NCBI GenBank assembly: GCA_965153285.1 | Contig: OZ229117.1 | From: Podarcis tiliguerta | Taxonomy: Eukaryota | Length of the DNA stretch: 64,000 nt | Reading direction: 5' to 3' (one strand) | Shown: positions 1 through 64,000 of the stretch, in pieces | How the letters are laid out: each line of letters starts with the position of its first letter | Numbering within the stretch: position 1 is the first letter of the stretch | Notes under the pieces: generated by a model | Seen by the model: the letters and a program-made list of their open reading frames with translations, nothing else | The model's database searches: none | What the model was told of the DNA's origin: nothing | Position numbers and translations under genes: made by a program

Positions 1-10
1 TAGAAGTTAC

Positions 11-141
11 CTTTGTCCTGAGCAGCGCAATATTCTTATTAAAGATACATAGTTTCCTTCAACGGTTCCTCTGCTCACTGTTGGGACAGCTTTTCTGCAA
101 GCCACGTATAAAGAACATGCTAGCCAATGTAGATCATTTCC
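11..141 (-). CDS. RBL2: RBL2 (p130) coding exon 2
   Basis: cag|GGA AAT GAT CTA CAT TGG...CAA AG|gtaac; translates GNDLHWLACSLYVACRKAVPTVSRGTVEGNYVSLIRILRCSGQ, the conserved RB-family N-domain; 131 nt, phase-0 acceptor fits exon 1. Confidence 0.95.
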
Positions 142-1591
142 CTGTTACATTAAAAGAAGCAAAAGCAGAAGTTGACTCCTCTCTAACTCATATGTCTAAA
201 ACAGAAAGGCTTTATTTTGTTACAACAGACGTCACTAACCTATGCCCTCCAACTGTTGCTAGATTACACTCCATGTTCACTCGAGCTGTTGAGAGTTGGA
301 GTGCTAACATTAGAAGCGCTACATGTTAGCCACTCCTGAACTACAGATAAAATGAATGATCAGGGAGTGGATTGAGGTTTCAAAGAGCTACATCATGGCA
401 TGTTAAACTACTCTCTGAACAGAAAGCATCAAGGCCGTATCACAACCAGCTTTTAAAAATTATTTATACTTATTAGCATAATATAGATTCTCTATGTGCC
501 TCTTGGAAGTTCCTTCAGTTTAAAATACAATTTGCCATCCAGTGTGGGGCAGAGGAGCTGCATTGGAGAAACACAAGCTGAAATCCCCTTTGGGCACACA
601 CAACCTATTGCACAGTTATTTCAAATCCCAGTTTATATGTCAGTAAAGTCTTGTAAAGCAGAGGGTGTGAAGTAACAAACCACATTAGAGAAGTAGCATT
701 CACTGAAATGAAATTGCTAAGAGACAACTGGACACAGAAAATATTTAACAAGGTCAGAGATTAAAGCAAATATAAGACTATATTTGCAAGAGCAGCCTTT
801 CCATCAGTAGAGGGAGAGAGGTAGGATTGCAGGGTATCTCCATCAGCTCTGCTGAAATACATTATTATTTTTTTGCACCTCCTTCCCTTTAAATCTTTCT
901 ATTTTTGCTGGTCATTACAGTAATTCTTTAACCAAGTAATAGTGCTTAAGTTTTCTCTTTCACTTCTCCCTTCCAATCCCTTTCCCTTTTGTGTTGTCTC
1001 TTTTAGTGTAAACCTGTTAACAGGTACTATCCTATCACTGATAGTTATAAGCCATTCTGGGAGTCTGGTTTTTGGCTGAAGGCCAAAATAAACATGCTTT
1101 AAATAAGCAAAACATTTAAAAATACAAATAAAGCATTTTCAACATTTCTCGTATACAGAGTCTTGTTAGTTTTGCAAAGGCAGCCCTCACTGTCAGCAGT
1201 GTCAGCTGAATGTTGTTCTGGTTTAAATCCAGCCTAGAATTGTAACGATATACAGGTGAGGAAAAGACCAGAGAATAGAACTTTAAAATAAAAGCAGTTG
1301 TGGGAAATATAGGGCTACTGTTGAATTAATTACATTTCTCAAAAGCATGAATTGATAATATCCAAAAGTAATAATCTTTTCAGAGAAAGCATTAGATTTA
1401 TCAAAAGTAGTTCTGCAAATAACAACTTCAAAGTTAAATTTCTGTTTATTTTTTTAATGTAATTTATAATTCTGAAAATGTGTTTTCATTTATCATCCCT
1501 AAAGTGTGTTTCCAAGTGTATCAAGTGCTGTACTACTACACTTTCACATCCCTTTCAATCGACTTCAAAATACACATTCTGCAGAGAAGTA

Positions 1592-1672
1592 CTCTCTCAG
1601 CCTGAAAAGCAAGATGAGCACTGCACCCCATAGTCACCTTTGACTGGACTTAACCGTCCAGGGGTCCTTTAC
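1592..1672 (+). mobile_element. Sauria-type SINE, 3' fragment
   Basis: ...ccccatagtcacctttgactggacttaaccgtccaggggtcctttac; reverse complement of the copy at 44728. Confidence 0.7.
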
Positions 1673-2559
1673 TCTGATTCTACAGAGCAATTCATAAAAT
1701 GTCTCGATTAATTAACACAGGGTACAAAAGTGTCATATTCACGTATGTTACATAAGACTGGGATGGAGATGAAAAGATTAGAAATTAAAAACCAAGAGGT
1801 TGACTACAGATGACTATTTTGACTGGTAAATTATTACAGCAGGCACACCGCCATGTGGTAAATGGAACAGGAATAGACAACCTGCAGCCCTTGAGATGCT
1901 GGTGAGCTATAAATATCACCATCCCTAATCATCTGCCATTTTGGCTGGATCTGATCAAAGTTGGAGGACCATAGTGTCCACACCGTTGGGTAACTTCTAC
2001 CTCTGTCAAAGCCCCTTTCTGGTGGGATATATAATTCTACCTCATGGCCTCCACCCCACTATCCAAGCTAAGGACACACCCCCTTCCCTCAAAGCCCCTC
2101 CAATTAAGGTTTATTTCTAATTCACTGCCTCTACCACAAGCCCCACCAACTCTGTCTAAGATTATCCTATCTAGATTTACTTCTGCTTCAGGACTCTGGC
2201 CCTCTACAAAGTCAAGGCCAATCCCCTCCACCACAAGCCCAGCCCACTGCCAAAGCTCTTTCTGCCAAGCAGTAATTTTCTTCTTGGAAAAAAACATGGG
2301 GGAAGTTAGCTACCTGTAGTTAGTTTATTGTGGGCCCAGTCACAACGCCACTTTCCACCCCCCCCCCCACCTCGGGTAGTGGCTAAATGTAAGACAAACT
2401 CAAGCAGACAATGATCTGGACTGGAAATGGTCACAACTGATTGCAGATATAGGTGGTTTTTTGGCTCAGGCATTGGGTATATATCCGTTCTAGCCCCCCA
2501 CCCCCAAATTATTTAATAAAAGTAAGGGAACTCAGTTCCCCAGAGTTCCTGCCTGCTCA

Positions 2560-3620
2560 AAAACCGCCCCCTGCTGCCAAGATGAAGTTCTGCTTTGTGA
2601 CCACGCCCCTTCGCAAAGGCCCCTCCCTTTTCACCCAAGCCCCTCCCACCAATCAGCACCCCTCCCTCCCCTTCGCTGCGCCCCTCCCCCTACCTCCAGG
2701 GTGTAATTCCTCCTCATGCTCTGGTAGCTCAGCCAGGCCTCAGCTCGGGCGCGCTCGTCCATGTTGAGGCTGCTGCACAGGTCCTCGTAGCGCTGCCGGG
2801 TGTCTCGCTCCGCCTCAGCTGCTGCCGCCGCCGCCGCCGCTTCCTCCTCCTCCTCCTCTTCGTCGTCGTCCTTTTTCTCCTCATCGCCGTCCGCTGCTCC
2901 TTCTTCTTGGACGGGGGCGTCGGTTATGGCGGCCCCCGCCTCCTCTGCGGCCGCTGTAGTCGCTCGGGGTGAGGCGACGGGGGTCGGCGAAGGAGCGCCC
3001 CCTCCGGCAGAGGCAGGCGCGGCTGCCTCCTCTTCTCCTTCGTCTCCGCTCAGCATCGCCACTGACGGGCGTGAAGAGGATGAGGAGAGCGGAAGGCGGC
3101 GAGGGTCGCGCGCAACAACGCCGGCGAACTCGAGAGCCGCGGCTCGCGCACAGGGGCGGACTGCGCCTGCGCAGCGGATTGTTTTCGTGCGTTTGAAGCG
3201 AAGGTTGGGTGGAAAGAGAGAGGCCGATGCCGAGCTGGACCCTTCCTTCCCACTGCCGCGGCGTTCGAATCTAAACACTTCGTCTCCCTCACCGCCCCCA
3301 CGTCCCCGCCCCTCACCGCTCTGCTCATTGGGTAAGGGCGCGCCCACGCGAAGCCAATCAGCGTGCTGCTGTCTGCGCAAGAGATTTAAAAGTCAAGAGC
3401 GGCGGGGAGGGGAGCGGAAGTGGTAGCGTTCGTTTCTTCTGGGAACTACAATTCCCATAAAGCGTCAGCCTCAGTGAGGGGCGGGGCGAAGCGGGGAACG
3501 TGTAATGTGTCATTTTCCTCATCCCTATCAATAGCAAAGGGAAGAAACCGATTACCGCTGATCGCCAGCTGCCTCAGAAATGATAGGCTCTTACACGTTC
3601 GACACTAACTGTGTTTAATT
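2560..3620 (-). promoter_or_regulatory. CpG island and promoter of RBL2
   Basis: GC/CpG-rich block in AT-rich DNA; NRF1-like TGCGCCTGCGCA 3162-3173; CCAAT boxes 3327-3331(-) and 3354-3358(+); ETS/GABP GCGGAAGTG 3414-3422; ACTACAATTCCCA 3445-3457; GC box 3478-3486. Confidence 0.85.
2694..3056 (-). CDS. RBL2: RBL2 (p130) coding exon 1
   Basis: gcgATG at 3056; MLSGDEGEEE...QRYEDLCSSLNMDERARAEAWLSYQSMRRNYTLE|gtaggg resembles the RBL2 exon 1 end (FDELCSRLNMDEAARAEAWDSYRSMSESYTLE, recalled); 363 nt; synteny with CHD9. Confidence 0.93.
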
Positions 3621-4239
3621 AGTTGGGGACTGTAATCATAGTACATCACATCAGGCTTTTTCTTGCTAAGTTTCACGGCGAGGTCTTTTGGAAAACCGAA
3701 ATTGACACACCAACACTCAACAAGACACAGGCCTCAATTTTGTCCGCTGTAAAAAATAGAGAAAATGACTGGATAAAACCGGTAGTTTGCTTTTTCACAG
3801 TTCCTGGGTTTTTTTTTTTAAAAAATATATGGTGCGGATACCTATCATGGATAAAGGTAGTACGTAGTGTGGTGGGTGGGAGCAGCGATTCAAGGGAATG
3901 GGATAGAAAAACAGCCCAGATACACCAAGTATTATATGCTGGTGTGGACTGCAAGAAGCCGAGTGGCAATTAAAATTTGAAATGAAATACGTCCACAGAA
4001 AAATTGGTTTGCGATACAAGGTCTAGAACCACTGATCAGCATACAGTTCGAACCAGGCTCCTAGTGTTCTTTTAGGGGCCATGTATAGTCTTGTTTCATT
4101 TCTCGTCTTGTTTTCTAATCGGTGGCATGCCCACAATCAACAAAAGCCCTTGTTTATAAATTTAAAAGTATTTGCCATGTTTATATTCAGACAAATGAGA
4201 AATGTTATACAATTCCTATAAGCACATGCCTACCAACTG

Positions 4240-4550
4240 TCCATGGTTTGTAAATACCTGAAAGGCTGAAGCAAGCTTATTTTCTGCAGTTCCAGAGGGT
4301 AGGAGCTGAACCGAAGGATTCAAATTGCAAGGAAGGAAATTCTGACTAAACATTATAAAAAAGCTTTCTGATGGTAAGAGCTGTTCAATAGTGGAACAGA
4401 TTACCATGGAAGGTGGTGAATTCTCCTTCATTTGAGTTTTTAAACAGTGCTGGATGACCTCCGCCAGGGATTATTTGGCTGCAATTCCTGCATTGCAAGA
4501 GGTTGGAAGATGACCTCCGGGATCCCTTTCAACTGCAGATATATGATTCT
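4240..4550 (+). mobile_element. CR1 LINE 3' fragment (degenerate)
   Basis: similar to the CR1 copies at 10806 and 53951 (ccagagggtagg...ttcctgcattgca...ccctttcaact...atgattct). Confidence 0.7.
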
Positions 4551-5479
4551 TTTTGCACTGCACCCCCTAGCCAAAAGTAATCTACCATGGGTGTTAGGAT
4601 ACAGAATGGCTGACAGAATGGCTGTCAGCAACAACCATTTCCCCACTGCACTGCTTAATTTGTATTTTTACAACTTCCATAGGAAATGGCAGAATATATT
4701 TTATATAAAATTATTCACTATCAAATATGGTAACAAAACAAAGTTCACTCTAGAGGTTGAGAGTATGCAGTATCCATATGACATTTCTAACATGGTATTG
4801 TAGCAAAACCAGCGTTGGCTGAAGGAAAGAACTCCACGCCACTGCTGTATTAAATCTATTATATTTCAATCATATAAACCTAAGGAACATTTTAAATTAG
4901 CTAGCACTGTCCTCCAATTTATGAGGTTCAAAAATTAATGATGTGCTGTAACACAGATTGGACCTAATGCACATCTTTTCGTTCCATGAAATCAGTTTGA
5001 TTATGCATTTTCAGTAACTGGCAAATGCCAAGGTGCAGTTGTGTATTGCATCAATCCTACAATGTTCTTCAAATTATACTCTAATGATAAAGTATAACTG
5101 AATGAACCTTTGGGAAGAAGCACATTCCACCACTAATTGCCAAGACAAGTGCAGGATGCAGAACATTTTCTTGTATTCAGCATTCACCCGGTCACTAAAC
5201 TATAGCCTTTGAGTTTAAAGTATTTCTTTATGTTTTAATACAAAATCTGACTATATAATACCTCTGGCAAGACAAAACTATTTTGACAGCTCATATTACC
5301 TGCACATTCAGTATTAGCCGCTCATATGAATTGCAGAAAACTGTAACCACAAATTCTTTAAATACTGAATACCTGCAGATGTTTAGCTCCTCCAATATTG
5401 CTGTAACAACTGTTTCCTTTCTGCCCAAGCTTTACATTGTGTGATAACTAAAAGGCATTTTTAATGTATTGAGGCCAAC

Positions 5480-7999
5480 ATCATGGGTTGTCAAAGAATA
5501 TGTTTAATAAAAAATAATTAAACTTCCATTTGCTCTATAGAACATCATAGAAAGTAATTCAATAAATTACAAATGACTTTAAGACGCTTTTTCAACTACA
5601 AGAAAGCAAATTCAGACTACACAGAACACAACTGGCAAATATTGCAAAATGTCCAAAAGAAAAACAGGACTAAGACGGATCATGAAGCCTGAAACAAGGG
5701 ATAGAAATACAAGGCAATAAGAGCTAAATTTCTTTTTAGTCACTACCAACATACACTTCTTCACCATATTGGATATCTTTTGTACTGAAATTTCAGTATT
5801 AATGTAATTCTAATAAAGGCTCCTTTACAACCCTTGACTTTATGCAGTCACACTTGCATATTGTTTAGCCGACAGAGCTACATATTTCTCACCTTTCAGC
5901 TGATGCTGATTAAAAAAAACACACCTTTACTTCATATTCAAATCTTTCAGTCACACATTGAAACTGTAAAATTTCCTTATTACAGAGAGATATCACTAGA
6001 ATGGTAAGTAAAATTCACTTGACCATAATTAGGAAAATACTTTATTTCATAAATTTATTAAAAATTATGTTTAGGATTTCTTTTGGGGGGAGGTACGTAG
6101 GGGTATGGTGCAAAGTGATATTGTTGAAATACTCCATTGACTAAGTCAACAACCGTGTTTGGAAAACTTTGGCTATATCATGGATACATACAAGATAAAT
6201 AAAAGTGCTATATTACAAAGGGCAAAATATTAAATATGTAATACATCCTTTCATGATGAATAATTGCTACCCCTTTTCTTGTGGCATGTTTTGACTATTG
6301 CTAAGACACTGAAGGGCCAAACAAGTCATACTATTCCGGGGAGGGAAAATACAGTAAACCAGCACAATCCAAATGATACTTTTATAACTGTAATTACATG
6401 TAATACTGCTTTCTAGTCAAAGGGGTTAATAATTTTGCATGTACAAACTTTATTTTTATTGGTAAAGATCTTGGTAAAAAACAACACAGTCTTGTTTACT
6501 GTACAAGCAAGCAACAGAACTGTATCAAAATACTAAATTATTTCCTTTTGAAAAGATTTGTCACTGACTATATTATCAGTATTTTTTTACCCATTCACTC
6601 AACTTGCCTATTCTTGGACCACAAGTGAAATTAATACAAGCTCACACCTTTTCACCTCAGTTCCACTGTATGGTGTGAATCTGTGATTCTACCATGTCAG
6701 AGTAATAGCAGCTTCAGCAGAACAAGGAATCCTATTATATATCTGATTTTATGCATCAAGGTTCTAAGGATCTGTATTCAAACAGATGCTTTATAAGCAC
6801 TGTCATACCATGGTTTCATGGAACACATTTCTCACATCATTGTTGAAAGTGCTTTTTAAAAGTTAAGTTATTGGGCAACTCAGCATTATTACAACTAACA
6901 GATAGATGATACCCTAAATTTTGATTTTGGGTAACATTATTCTACATAGTCAAATCCAAACCTGTAGAGAAATATGAGTATTTTTAAACATCACTACATT
7001 TCCTCTTACCATTATTAACTGGTAACTACAGGAGTTTACATGACAAACATACACAAAAGAGAAACAAACAAAACAAACAAGCCATTTTCACAAGGATCTA
7101 ATCCTTATCCTTATAACATGAAGTATGCAGTGTTGAAGTGGCACTTTGAGTTATTTCAGCTTGTGGATACAGCTCCTCAACAACATGAAGGCTGTAGAAG
7201 GAGCAAAATCTTAACATTAAAAAGGTATCCATGGTGTCGAAGAAAGTAAGAAAGGGATTTTTGTGACTATTATTACAAGAGTGCAACTGGTAATGGTAAT
7301 TTCCCTTGCAAAATTAACATACACAGGATGCCTTTAAAAAGCAAAGCAGAATATGAAAACAAGTAGAGAAACCAATGTAAACTTCCTAAACTAACTCAGC
7401 TGAGGTAACAAGTAGCCAATCTAATTGGCTGAATGGGAAACTTTTCTTTTAAAACAGAGTTGTACCTGAATTGGAAACATCAGCAGTGCATCACAACACT
7501 AGAGCATTTTCTTGTAATTAAAACAATGGATGGTGATGTAGTTTCTACAGCTTTCATGACATTCATTAGCTGCCCAAATTATTGCTGAGTTTTGATCTGT
7601 AAATTATAGGTGTCAAGGAGGCTGTAAAACTATATTCAAATTATATCAATAATGCGCATAAAGAATTTTGTGTTCACTACAAATATATTAAATATACAGC
7701 TCTTACTAAGCAATTTTTAAAAATTAACCCCCCAAAACAAAATTATAATGCCTTTTGCTGTAATTCTTTTTTTTTTTTACACAATTGTGTATTTGATAGT
7801 ACATACAAGTTCAGAAACTTATGAACTTCAAGAAATATTACATGCAAAACGTCTTTGAAAGCAGTTTGCACTTCTAAACAAATACTGAAATGTTCGGTCA
7901 TTAAATTATTGATGCACTCACTCAACACTGGTTATTTACAACAAAATAATTCAAGAATAAATTCAAAATCAGTTTATAATTTAAGTGCAGAGTTTGGGG
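5480..7999 (-). other. CHD9: CHD9 3' UTR (3' boundary uncertain)
   Basis: AT-rich and free of recognisable repeats, directly after the stop codon; candidate poly(A) signals on minus near 6041-6059, 6449-6460 and ATTAAA 5503-5508; it may extend to about 4650. Confidence 0.55.

Positions 8000-64000
<56,001 letters not shown>

Noticed and set aside
3050-3328. 92-aa overlapping uORF ending just past the RBL2 ATG
   Set aside because: Its ATG is part of the CCAAT box (CCAATGAG), so it is probably upstream of the transcription start and not in the mRNA.
3057-3380. In-frame 5' extension of RBL2 in ORF 2631..3380
   Set aside because: It starts at TTG inside promoter motifs. The ATG at 3056 has good context and fits the known RBL2 start, and open frames are expected in GC-rich DNA.
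2800-3426. 208-aa + strand ORF over RBL2 exon 1
   Set aside because: Non-ATG start and Ala/Ser-rich low complexity; it is an antisense shadow of GC-rich, stop-poor CpG-island DNA.

Overview
This is eukaryotic genomic DNA from a squamate reptile, probably a lacertid lizard, judged from its Sauria-SINE, BovB, CR1, L2 and hAT/Tc1 MITE repeats. Most of the window (8000-64000, minus strand) is the chromatin remodeller gene CHD9. I reconstructed 38 coding exons by hand, and every intron is GT-AG with consistent phase. They run from the 3' part of the large first coding exon (cut by the window edge) through the tandem chromodomains, SNF2 ATPase/helicase ([12 protein letters not shown]), SANT-like, Ser-rich and two BRK regions to the TGA at 8000-8002, followed by an AT-rich 3' UTR. 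About 5 kb past the CHD9 stop, on the same strand, are the CpG-island promoter and first two coding exons of RBL2 (p130), matching the vertebrate CHD9-RBL2 synteny. Exon numbers follow human CHD9, where the first coding exon is exon 2. I found no new protein-coding system. The best leads are regulatory: (1) a sense-oriented solo LTR with intact TATA and poly(A) signals inside CHD9; (2) a probable internal CHD9 promoter hidden in two assembly gaps; (3) a palindromic hAT MITE carrying the same ACTACAATTCCCA (ZNF143/THAP11-type) motif as the RBL2 promoter; (4) a CpG-rich hairpin insertion with E2F-like sites; (5) several in-frame alternative splice sites.
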